This document shows positions 32,924 through 40,111 of a stretch of DNA of 43,586 nt, piece after piece. Under the pieces are notes generated by a model. The model searched no databases. It worked only from the letters and a program-made list of their open reading frames with translations, and was not told the DNA's origin. Origin of the DNA: a virus. The stretch's first letter is position 1; each line of letters starts with the position of its first letter. The DNA lies in the IMG/VR virus record IMGVR_UViG_3300043613_000002, positions 1 through 43,586 of that record; one strand, given 5' to 3'. The position numbers and the translations under genes were made by a program.

Positions 32924-33591
32924 CAGGCGGCCTTCTTGGTAAGAACTGCCCGGCGATCAATGACCGCGGTCTTGAGCGTTTGAACTTGGGTGCTATCAAG
33001 CTGGTATTCCCGCCGCGCCTTCTTCTGCGCATCAGAGTTCCACCAGGTGCCGAGCAACTCAGCGTCATCGAACTGGGCGATGGCTTCCCGGCATTCGACC
33101 ATGAAGGCGTTGCGCTCAAGCATCGGGACGGCCTTTTCTGCCGGAGCATCGTCGCCAACGTTGGTCTGTTGTTTGTCGTAAAGGGCGAGGCCGAACGGAT
33201 TGCCGAATGTCATAAAGGCGCGCTTCATAGAATCAGTCTCGGCTTCCTTGATCGCGCTCTCATGAGCCTGACCAAGATCCCGGTCTATCCCGTGACCGGC
33301 GCCAAAGCCTTCGCGCGCCACGCCATTAATGATGATGCGAGACTTGCAGACGTAGGTGACGCCCCAGCCTGGAGCCTTCTGCTTGCCGATCTCGCGCTCT
33401 TTCTCGGCAACGCACTTCACGTCAATGGTTTCGCGGGTCCAGTTATCGAACCCGAAGATGCGATTGGCTTCTGCGATGACATGCCAGCCTTCGATATAGC
33501 TGACCCGACTTCCGCCTTGTTCGCGTGTTTTAACGCTGCTGGGAGAGAGCTTGGCAGCGAGTGCTGATTTGGTTTCGTCGGAGAACATCAC
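32923..33591 (-). CDS. Rad52/Rad22-family single-strand annealing protein
   Basis: SYIEGWHVIAEANRIFGFDNW...ETDSMKRAFMTFGNPFGLALYD is characteristic of the Rad52 fold family. Confidence 0.85.
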   Translation of the reverse strand: MMFSDETKSALAAKLSPSSVKTREQGGSRVSYIEGWHVIAEANRIFGFDNWTRETIDVKCVAEKEREIGKQKAPGWGVTYVCKSRIIINGVAREGFGAGHGIDRDLGQAHESAIKEAETDSMKRAFMTFGNPFGLALYDKQQTNVGDDAPAEKAVPMLERNAFMVECREAIAQFDDAELLGTWWNSDAQKKARREYQLDSTQVQTLKTAVIDRRAVLTKKAA

Positions 33592-33809
33592 GCTTCCACT
33601 TTCTTGGAGTCGTACTCTCGCATTGCGGCTCTAACCTTCTGCAAAGCCGCTTCCAGCACGCGCTCGGCTTCCGAAAGATTGTCCTGCGCGAAGGTGACGA
33701 AGTCCGGCTTGAACGGCAGCGCTTGCGCGTGTCTGATCGCCATGTCGCTGCCGGCCTCGATTAAATCCAGGTGGGGTTTCACGTCGGCATCCCAGATTGA
33801 TAGGATCAC
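33588..33809 (-). CDS. Hypothetical protein (73 aa)
   Basis: GTG start with a GTGA overlap on the upstream stop. Confidence 0.52.
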   Translation of the reverse strand: MILSIWDADVKPHLDLIEAGSDMAIRHAQALPFKPDFVTFAQDNLSEAERVLEAALQKVRAAMREYDSKKVEA

Positions 33810-33967
33810 TTCAAACCCTCCTGATCGCGCATGTTTTCAAGAATACGCTGGAGCGTGTATTCGATAGACTCCATACGCGCGTCGGCTTCGTCATTATCGT
33901 TTCGATAATCGTTTCGATCACGAACGCGGATAAATTCATCCAACAATGACTGCCAAGTGCTTCCCAT
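33806..33967 (-). CDS. Small hypothetical protein (53 aa)
   Basis: MGSTWQSLLDEFIRVRDRNDYRNDNDEADARMESIEYTLQRILENMRDQEGLK. Coupled at both ends. Not in the ORF track. Confidence 0.45.
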   Translation of the reverse strand: MGSTWQSLLDEFIRVRDRNDYRNDNDEADARMESIEYTLQRILENMRDQEGLK

Positions 33968-34155
33968 CACGCGACCTCATGCTGTTGATTGTGATGCATG
34001 TTGAATGCACTCAAGGTCTCCGCGATAAGGAGCCGCATAGCCTCTTCTGCCGGCGCCGTAAGCCTTCCAGACGAGACAGCGCTTTCACACTGACCAATGA
34101 GAGAGGCCACGCAGATCGCCTGCCAGCCAGTGCTAGTACGTTGGTCCGTCGCCAT
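33967..34155 (-). CDS. Hypothetical protein (62 aa)
   Basis: ORF track entry. Overlaps the upstream ORF by 23 nt. Confidence 0.4.
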   Translation of the reverse strand: MATDQRTSTGWQAICVASLIGQCESAVSSGRLTAPAEEAMRLLIAETLSAFNMHHNQQHEVA

Positions 34156-34390
34156 TTCGAATGCCCTCCCAATTGTCGTCGATTTCGTTAGCGCTCAGCT
34201 TGCCGTCCTTGCGCTTCCACTGCGTCTCTTGTTCAAAGCCGTAGTCTTCCGGGTGATCGACGATCTGGCCGACGATCCGGTAATAGGCTTCTCGTTCAGA
34301 TGCGGGAGCTGCCAGGATTTCTTCGCGGGAGCAGAACAGCAGGCTCAAACCGGCGGGGCGAACGTAGGGGGTGCAATGAGCTGGGCACAT
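34133..34390 (-). CDS. Hypothetical protein (85 aa)
   Basis: Track ORF trimmed to ATG 34390. Confidence 0.45.
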   Translation of the reverse strand: MCPAHCTPYVRPAGLSLLFCSREEILAAPASEREAYYRIVGQIVDHPEDYGFEQETQWKRKDGKLSANEIDDNWEGIRNGDGPTY

Positions 34391-34392
34391 GG

Positions 34393-34521
34393 TCAAAGCA
34401 CCAACAGCGCGAAGCCGATGGCGAATGCCAAGGCGATCGACATGGAGAAATCGAAGATTATTGCAGTCGACGAGTATCTGATCGTCTCGATGCGGAGCAG
34501 GGCGCGCTGGGAGGAGGTCAT
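34393..34521 (-). CDS. Micro-ORF, TM peptide (42 aa)
   Basis: MTSSQRALLRIETIRYSSTAIIFDFSMSIALAFAIGFALLVL. Weak RBS. Confidence 0.3.
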   Translation of the reverse strand: MTSSQRALLRIETIRYSSTAIIFDFSMSIALAFAIGFALLVL

Positions 34522-34557
34522 TTCAGGATACCTTGAAAGAGTGAGGAGCATTCGGCG

Positions 34558-34779
34558 TTAGGACCCAGGGTAAAGATATTCGGAGCGGACCCATTCCTCG
34601 CTCAGATCGTGCATCCACTTCACGAGCACGAGCGGATTGGCTTCCTGCACATCTTTAATGGCGCGGGTGACGCCAACTGCATTGCGACCGAGCTCTGGAT
34701 TCCACGTTGTGACGAAATTGCCCGGAGCGAATTGCTGAGAAGTGGATGAGGCGTAGGGTTGAAACTGGTTGTCGGTCAT
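34558..34779 (-). CDS. Hypothetical protein (73 aa)
   Basis: ATG 34779 follows GAGGGAG and forms an ATGA overlap with the upstream stop. Confidence 0.55.
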   Translation of the reverse strand: MTDNQFQPYASSTSQQFAPGNFVTTWNPELGRNAVGVTRAIKDVQEANPLVLVKWMHDLSEEWVRSEYLYPGS

Positions 34780-35000
34780 TGGGTTGGGTCTCCCTCGCAG
34801 ATGCATCCGGGCACAATGTGAAGGCATTGCTTTGCCTCACGGCACGATTGCAGGATGAAAGTTGGGGCTTCGCAGTTCGCGCGATTAAGGGCTGCCACAG
34901 CGTCATGCGCAGCCATGCCAAGTTCGGTCGGCGTAAGATCATTCCGCAGGTAAGGCAGCAGCGCTTTGCCGACTTCGATAAGCTGCTTGCTGGTGACCAT
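34776..35000 (-). CDS. Hypothetical protein (74 aa)
   Basis: ATG 35000 follows GAGGAC. Confidence 0.5.
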   Translation of the reverse strand: MVTSKQLIEVGKALLPYLRNDLTPTELGMAAHDAVAALNRANCEAPTFILQSCREAKQCLHIVPGCICEGDPTQ

Positions 35001-35011
35001 TTGCGGTGTCC

Positions 35012-35113
35012 TCACAGGTTAATAATGAGCAGATACAGAGAGCCGTATGATCCGATCACGACGGCAACCGAGGCGGCGAGGAAAAGGGTGGTGTGGCGGG
35101 AAGTCAGGATCAT
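35012..35113 (-). CDS. Micro-ORF, TM peptide (33 aa)
   Basis: MILTSRHTTLFLAASVAVVIGSYGSLYLLIINL. TGATG overlap with the upstream stop. Confidence 0.3.
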   Translation of the reverse strand: MILTSRHTTLFLAASVAVVIGSYGSLYLLIINL

Positions 35114-35892
35114 CACGCTGCCTCCAGCTCAGTAAGAGCGAGCCACTGGACGCCCGGCACCTTCATTTCGATTAGGATCTGGACGACGCCTTCCGCGAAG
35201 TCCGCGAGCGATTTATCGCGAGCGTAGGCGGCGTCGGCGGCGTCGGCGGCGTCGACGTCGGCGGCGTAGGCGGCGGCGGCGGCGTAGGCGGCGGCGTCGG
35301 CGGCGTCGGCGTAGGCGGCGTAGGCGGCGGCGGCGGCGTCGGCGTAGGCGGCGTAGGCGGCGTAGGCGGCGTAGGCGGCGGCGGCGGCGGCGGCGGCCTG
35401 TCGCGCTGAGCGCGCGACTTCGTGGGCATCCAACGCAGATTGCCGAGTGCCTTCGATCTCGCAACGGTTCGCCGCATCACGCAGTGCCTGAACATGCTTC
35501 GGGTCTTTGTGGATCGAAGCAGCGGCACGCAGTGCGATCGGAACGGAAGTCTTCGTTGCCAGAACCGCACAGTGGGTTGCAAATTCCTTAGCGTCCAGAT
35601 GACCCTTGCTGCCAAGTTGGATCACAGCGAGACGACGGAGGCCCTTGGCGCGCGCTTGATCAGACGACCAGCGAGAATCGTTCAGTCGGATTTTCAGAGA
35701 ACGAAGCGAAGGCGCGACGCACTGCGGATCATCACCGTGGGGCAGGCCGAGCGCGTAGCACACGGCGGCCTCGACGCACATCTGACCCGGGATCGGATTG
35801 CCGACACCATTGACCAAACCTGCATCAACGATCTCGAGAAGCTTGATAACAACGTCTTTGGTGATTTCGGGCTGCATTTTTGCTTGATCCAT
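35113..35892 (-). CDS. First PL-operon protein; globular N-domain plus an Ala/Tyr/Asp low-complexity repeat
   Basis: 259 aa. Contains AAYAAYAAYADAAAAAYAAYADAADAAAYAAAAAYAADVDAADAADAAYA. Confidence 0.68.
   Translation of the reverse strand: MDQAKMQPEITKDVVIKLLEIVDAGLVNGVGNPIPGQMCVEAAVCYALGLPHGDDPQCVAPSLRSLKIRLNDSRWSSDQARAKGLRRLAVIQLGSKGHLDAKEFATHCAVLATKTSVPIALRAAASIHKDPKHVQALRDAANRCEIEGTRQSALDAHEVARSARQAAAAAAAAYAAYAAYAAYADAAAAAYAAYADAADAAAYAAAAAYAADVDAADAADAAYARDKSLADFAEGVVQILIEMKVPGVQWLALTELEAA
35222..35397. repeat. GCN-triplet / 9-nt tandem repeat tract (gcggcgtag, gcggcgtcg and gcggcggcg units)
   Basis: Read directly. Four consecutive ggcgtaggc units lie near 35340..35380. Confidence 0.9.
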
Positions 35893-35914
35893 CTACTGGG
35901 CTTCGATGGATGTA

Positions 35915-35942
35915 GTTCTATCACGCATTGTGATAATGTAAA
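35915..35942 (-). promoter_or_regulatory. PL-like promoter with an embedded 17-bp operator
   Basis: The - strand reads TTTACA-ttatcacaatgcgtga-TAGAAC. The operator TATCAC-N5-GTGATA is at 35919..35935. Confidence 0.6.
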
Positions 35943-35990
35943 GGGGCAAAACTAAAAATAATTACAAAATGTGATTTTTCTTAAAATGAT

Positions 35991-36019
35991 TTGTGATCTG
36001 GGGCGGTGGGTGATAGATC
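35991..36019 (+). promoter_or_regulatory. Candidate rightward promoter TTGTGA-N17-TAGATC with a GTGATA half-site
   Basis: Read directly in the AT-rich spacer. Confidence 0.3.
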
Positions 36020-36123
36020 TTTACAGCCACCTATGCGTGTGTCAGCTTTGTGTCAGTCAGGCGACGGAATTAGGGCGCATTGACCGGATTCCTGATCTGT
36101 TCTTAGTCGTTATTTGGTAATAA

Positions 36124-36324
36124 GTGCGGGGGTTTGGAATGGGAATACCCTTACCGTGGCATCGGCGACATGCTCTATTGCTGGCAAGCCAGCTGCCGGA
36201 AAACCCGACCGACGCTCATTTGGTCATTGAGGCCGTTGCGGAGCTGCTGGATACGTTCATGGCGACCGCGCCTGAAGAGACGGCCGACCGGAATAAAAAC
36301 GTCCTACCGTTCGCCGCTAGCTAG
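36124..36324 (+). CDS. Small hypothetical protein convergent with the repressor gene
   Basis: 66-aa track ORF (GTG 36124, or ATG 36139). Its 3' end overlaps the repressor 3' end by 21 nt. Confidence 0.35.
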   Translation: MRGFGMGIPLPWHRRHALLLASQLPENPTDAHLVIEAVAELLDTFMATAPEETADRNKNVLPFAAS

Positions 36325-36621
36325 CTGGAGAGGGGTTTCCTTAGCCTCTTCCGCTTCGACGCGCTGTCGAAGATCGAAGGACAGCCCTCTTTTGTCGCCT
36401 TCCCACAGCCAAAGCGGGTCGAACCCTGGTATCTTGCTGCGGAGCTGGAGGGCCTTATCCATTGGAACCCGACGTTTGCCGGTTTCGAACTGGCTATAGC
36501 CAGACTGCCCCCACCCGACTTGTACGGCAAAAGCGGTCCCTGTGCTGACTTTCTCGGCCTGACGGAGCCATCGTAGCCGCCTACCTTGCTCCGCGAAGGG
36601 ATATTCCGACTCTTCTGTCAT
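36304..36621 (-). CDS. XRE-family HTH repressor (CI-like), no peptidase domain
   Basis: 105 aa from ATG 36621. HTH region LRQAEKVSTGTAFAVQVGWGQSGYSQFETGKR. Divergent from the cro-like gene. Confidence 0.78.
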   Translation of the reverse strand: MTEESEYPFAEQGRRLRWLRQAEKVSTGTAFAVQVGWGQSGYSQFETGKRRVPMDKALQLRSKIPGFDPLWLWEGDKRGLSFDLRQRVEAEEAKETPLQLASGER

Positions 36622-36673
36622 GATCCAATTTTGCAACACAAACGGTGACCGGGCTAATTTCTTTTTGTGAGTA

Positions 36674-36701
36674 TTGACATTATCACACGCCGTGATAGAT
36701 G
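36674..36701 (+). promoter_or_regulatory. PR-like promoter with an embedded 17-bp operator
   Basis: TTGACA-ttatcacacgccgtga-TAGATG. The operator TATCAC-N5-GTGATA is at 36681..36697. The -10 ends 8 nt before ATG 36710. Confidence 0.62.
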
Positions 36702-36709
36702 TTTCGGTC

Positions 36710-36946
36710 ATGATCAGAAAACTCCATTCCGTACAAGAAGTCATTGATGAGCTTGGCGGTTATGACGCCGTTAAGTCTTTGACCAATCGAAGCAGCCAGT
36801 CTGTCATTCCGACGTGGAAGTGGCGGAAGAAATTCCCCCCCAACACATTCGCTGTGATGAGGGCTGCGCTGTTGGCAAGGGGCGCCATTGCCCCGGCCTC
36901 GTTGTGGGGAATGCCGGAGTTGCAGATGGAGGCTACTGCCTCATGA
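36710..36946 (+). CDS. Cro / YdaS-like small DNA-binding regulator
   Basis: 78 aa. ELGGYDAVKSLTNRSSQSVIPTWKWRKKFP resembles YdaS/Cro-type HTH proteins. First gene after PR. Confidence 0.65.
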   Translation: MIRKLHSVQEVIDELGGYDAVKSLTNRSSQSVIPTWKWRKKFPPNTFAVMRAALLARGAIAPASLWGMPELQMEATAS

Positions 36947-37341
36947 GCAACGTCTATTTCCTTCAAGTTGGAACGGATGGGCCGATCAAGATCGGCTGCA
37001 CAAAGAACGATATTCAGCAGCGCGTTCGAGCGATGCAACTGACTAGCCCTCACATCTTGCGGTGGATTGGATATTTCCCCGGTGACCGCGCGGCCGAACG
37101 ACAAGCGCATCTGCTTCTGAAGAATAGTTCGCTGCGGGGCGAGTGGTTTTATCCGACCGTCGAGGTTTTGGCTTTTGTAGCGCAGAAGTCTCCGGGCTTC
37201 GAGCCCATAGTTGTCGAAAACAATCCGTTTCAGCACCCACCCCGATCGGCGGAATCACGCGCGCAACAGTCGAAAAGCATGCTCGAGCACTGGGAGCGGA
37301 AGCGCAAACGTCAGATTGAACGAGAGGGGCTGAACTCATGA
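36943..37341 (+). CDS. GIY-YIG-like (T5orf172-type) domain protein
   Basis: VYFLQVGTDGPIKIGCTKNDIQQRVRAMQ...GEWF. ATGA overlap with cro. Confidence 0.62.
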   Translation: MSNVYFLQVGTDGPIKIGCTKNDIQQRVRAMQLTSPHILRWIGYFPGDRAAERQAHLLLKNSSLRGEWFYPTVEVLAFVAQKSPGFEPIVVENNPFQHPPRSAESRAQQSKSMLEHWERKRKRQIEREGLNS

Positions 37342-37499
37342 TCATACTCAAGATACTCGCCCTCTGGACGCTCGCTTCGTTCATCGGTGGCGCCATCCTT
37401 TGCTATTTCATAACGGTTTCAAAACGTGGAACCGCGAATCACTTACCGCCTCTGCCAGAAGGTTCCATCCTTGGCAAGCGCCAAAACAGGGCATTTTGA
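37338..37499 (+). CDS. Micro-ORF, TM peptide (53 aa)
   Basis: MIILKILALWTLASFIGGAILCYFITVSKRG... ATGA overlap with the upstream stop. Confidence 0.4.
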   Translation: MIILKILALWTLASFIGGAILCYFITVSKRGTANHLPPLPEGSILGKRQNRAF

Positions 37500-37501
37500 A
37501 C

Positions 37502-37669
37502 ATGGCGCAACCTCTACAGACGCGTTTAGCGATCACGCTATCCGAGCGCTGCAAAGAAACAGGATGGATGCCGAGCAACTTTAACGGTTTTCGGCTGACC
37601 TGCATGGCCTGCAGGAAATCGTTCCGGTGTTTTCGCATCGATGAACTCTATTGCGGGTGCTGCCGATGA
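37502..37669 (+). CDS. Small Cys-rich protein (55 aa)
   Basis: Internal ATG of the track ORF 37400..37669. Confidence 0.4.
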   Translation: MAQPLQTRLAITLSERCKETGWMPSNFNGFRLTCMACRKSFRCFRIDELYCGCCR

Positions 37670-38247
37670 AAACTTTTCTTCCTCAAAATCAATTCAATTC
37701 CGATGTGCACGTTCCCGTCGCATCGGGATCGGCTGCCGACTCGCCCCTGCCCCCCTCAAAGTCGGCGGCTGCTCTTTCAGTTTCGCCCGGCGATTTATTA
37801 GGCTCTCTACCCTCGGGAGAGAGTGATCCTTCAGTGATGCTGGATTGGGCGCCGGGCGAACCGGAGGCTGCTGTCGTTGTCAGGACTGCAGCGGCCTCCG
37901 ACTGCACCTGCGGGAATTTGCAATTTGTATACGAGTGCATTGATGGAACGATATTGCATCGCTGCAAGACATGCGGTCGCAAGGCTTATCTGAGTGCGAC
38001 GGACGACATCCCCGAGATTCTCCGCGGGCATCATGCTCTGAACGTTATCAGCAGGACAGCTTCCGACACCTCGGATATCCCGGAAATCTTCCGCGTGGCC
38101 AACCTGCTTTGCGAGGACGCCCGCATATTCACTCCGGACTATCCCTCGATCTATCAGGCGATGCTCGATCCGAACGCTCCACGGGCTTTTGAGGGCGATC
38201 CTACATGGGCTGATCCGGCGCCGCTTTTCCTGAAGGACACCGCATGA
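37666..38247 (+). CDS. Hypothetical protein (193 aa) with the internal repeat DIPEI(L/F)R
   Basis: ATGA-coupled. CTCGN..CKTCG motif. DDIPEILRG and SDIPEIFRV are repeated. Confidence 0.55.
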   Translation: MKTFLPQNQFNSDVHVPVASGSAADSPLPPSKSAAALSVSPGDLLGSLPSGESDPSVMLDWAPGEPEAAVVVRTAAASDCTCGNLQFVYECIDGTILHRCKTCGRKAYLSATDDIPEILRGHHALNVISRTASDTSDIPEIFRVANLLCEDARIFTPDYPSIYQAMLDPNAPRAFEGDPTWADPAPLFLKDTA

Positions 38248-38594
38248 GATGGACAGCAGAAAATCAGACCGGAGATTTGGTCGCCGCTATCACCTACTTC
38301 AACATAAAGCTTCCGGGCTGGTGGTTTTCGGTCGGCGCTTGTCACGTCTCGGCAGATGCTACGGTAGCCCCAGACACGGCTGGCATTGATGATGCCTTGT
38401 TTCGAACTGGCGATAGTGAGGTGACCAAGTTTTTCGACAGCGGTTTTGATGTGGATCTTCGTCCGCCGGCTACCATGGCAGATGCTCTAATCAGAGCAAC
38501 TAATTTAGCTGCTACCGCCCGTGACGCCTATTTCGTGAGAAGCCGCCTCTCGGACGCTATCGCGGCATTGTCTGATCTTGGATGTGCAGCATGA
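38244..38594 (+). CDS. Hypothetical protein (116 aa)
   Basis: ATGA-coupled. Confidence 0.55.
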   Translation: MRWTAENQTGDLVAAITYFNIKLPGWWFSVGACHVSADATVAPDTAGIDDALFRTGDSEVTKFFDSGFDVDLRPPATMADALIRATNLAATARDAYFVRSRLSDAIAALSDLGCAA

Positions 38595-39088
38595 CGGGAT
38601 ACAATCACGTGGGAATGCTCTGGACGGCTGAATATGATGCGCTCCTGACCAAGTTACATGGTCAGCCTGACGAGCCATCATTCAGCATTATGGCCGCTAA
38701 AATCAGCAATGAATTCGGGATAACGAAAACTCGAAATGCCTGCATTGGAAGGGCCCGGCGGCTAGATCTCGCCAAGCGCATCACCAAGGCGAATTCCAGA
38801 TACACAAAGCAGACGCTTCCCAGAAAACCGAGACAGCCTCCAAAGCCCCGCCAGCGCTATTCGAACGAATCCAAGCGGATGATTACGATCTTCGAGAGCA
38901 GGGAAGTGCTTGAGCTTCAGTGCGCCGAGGTTGAGCCGCTGAATATTTCATTGCTCGATCTGGAAAGTTACCACTGCCGATGGCCGTATGGAGAAGGCCA
39001 GGAAATTCTCTTCTGCGGCCACCAGAAGGATGATGTCTCCAATTATTGCTTTCATCACCTCGCGTTATCGAAGCGGAGGATGACATGA
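38591..39088 (+). CDS. gcrA: GcrA-like cell-cycle regulator homologue
   Basis: N-terminal W..E.D..L plus TRNACIGRARRLDL, and C-terminal CRWPYGEG..FCGH....YCFHH. These match the GcrA architecture known from Caulobacter. Confidence 0.75.
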   Translation: MTGYNHVGMLWTAEYDALLTKLHGQPDEPSFSIMAAKISNEFGITKTRNACIGRARRLDLAKRITKANSRYTKQTLPRKPRQPPKPRQRYSNESKRMITIFESREVLELQCAEVEPLNISLLDLESYHCRWPYGEGQEILFCGHQKDDVSNYCFHHLALSKRRMT

Positions 39089-39285
39089 AAGTTTCCCACC
39101 GCGTCACCGCTAAGGGCGAGCACGAAGCGATTATCGAACTTCGCTGGTACGCGCAGACTGGGACCTTCCTTGTGGAAGCGGTCGGCCTTGGAAACTCACC
39201 AGAGGCCGCCGAAACGTCAGCGCGGCTCATGCTGGGACAGGCGAGGGCAGAGCTCTCCAAGGCGACAACCGAGGAGCTCGCATGA
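39085..39285 (+). CDS. Hypothetical protein (66 aa)
   Basis: ATGA-coupled. Confidence 0.5.
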   Translation: MKVSHRVTAKGEHEAIIELRWYAQTGTFLVEAVGLGNSPEAAETSARLMLGQARAELSKATTEELA

Positions 39286-39476
39286 CCAACCAGGAACTAG
39301 ACCGGGTCATTCCGGAGGCCGATCGCAGGAACTCTTTGGCGCCGATCACCTACATCATCAAGCTGCATGGGCCGCTGGCAAAGGCGCTCGAGGCCTATGC
39401 TGCCTCCGAATATCTGTCCGCCGAACTGATCATTCGTGAAGCGGTCCGAACTTATATCGGAGACGCTATCCGATGA
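39282..39476 (+). CDS. Small protein, possibly ribbon-helix-helix
   Basis: 64 aa, ATGA-coupled. The weak RHH-like pattern is a guess. Confidence 0.45.
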   Translation: MTNQELDRVIPEADRRNSLAPITYIIKLHGPLAKALEAYAASEYLSAELIIREAVRTYIGDAIR

Positions 39477-40111
39477 GCAGGTGGTTTCGGGTCTATGACA
39501 ACCTGATTGAAGACCCGAAGGTCCAGCGCCTTTCGGATCCGCTCTTCCGCGGCCTAGTAAATCTGTGGTGCCTGGCGTCTCAAGGCGAAGGTCTGCTGCC
39601 GCCGATCGATGACATAGCATTCAAGCTCCGCATCAAGCCAGCCCAGGCCCAGAAACTTCTCTCTGACCTCCGTAACGCCGGGCTTATTGTTGATGATGAA
39701 ACGGGCACACATCCGCACAACTGGAGTGGAAGACAATTCAAGAGCGACGTTTCAAATGACAGAGTGAAACGTTACAGGGAACGGAAATGTAACGTTACAG
39801 AGACCGTTACTGTAGCACGCCCAGAGACAGATACAGAGCAGACTACAGAAAAGAAAGATGCCGTCGCTTCGCGTCCGGCCCTCGAAATTGTCCCATCAGC
39901 CGAGGCCGATTATTTCCGGCGGATCAAAGAAATCTGCGGGCCATCTGCTGGCGGCCTTGGAAAACAACTCCTGACGGCAAAAGACGGTGTTGTTCCGCTT
40001 GCTCGAGCTGTCGCTGAGCAAGCCTCCACCAAGCAAGATCCGCGCGAATACATCGGCGCCATCATCAAAAATCGGAAGGAACCCGAATGTCGTCCGGACC
40101 GATCGTTCTAG
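39473..40111 (+). CDS. Replication-associated protein (DUF1376/YdaU-like N-domain)
   Basis: MSRWFRVYDNLIEDPKVQRLSDPLFRGLVNLWCLASQ resembles the YdaU-type N-terminus. Lies upstream of the primase/helicase. Confidence 0.55.
   Translation: MSRWFRVYDNLIEDPKVQRLSDPLFRGLVNLWCLASQGEGLLPPIDDIAFKLRIKPAQAQKLLSDLRNAGLIVDDETGTHPHNWSGRQFKSDVSNDRVKRYRERKCNVTETVTVARPETDTEQTTEKKDAVASRPALEIVPSAEADYFRRIKEICGPSAGGLGKQLLTAKDGVVPLARAVAEQASTKQDPREYIGAIIKNRKEPECRPDRSF

Noticed and set aside
35172-35615. Track ORFs in the other frames of the repeat tract: a Pro/Thr-rich 147 aa ORF (35172..35615) and an Arg/Leu-rich 83 aa ORF (35213..35464).
   Set aside because: They are frame artefacts of the GCN-triplet tandem repeat. 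The 259-aa frame is the only one continuous with real flanking domains, a PL promoter and a coupled downstream gene.
36814-36942. N-terminal 43-aa extension of the GIY-YIG-like ORF, and similar long track starts for 36304..36744, 28328..28804 and 22360..23202.
   Set aside because: The extensions overlap upstream genes out of frame. Internal ATGs give ATGA or TGATG coupling or proper RBS spacing, and the recognisable domains begin there.
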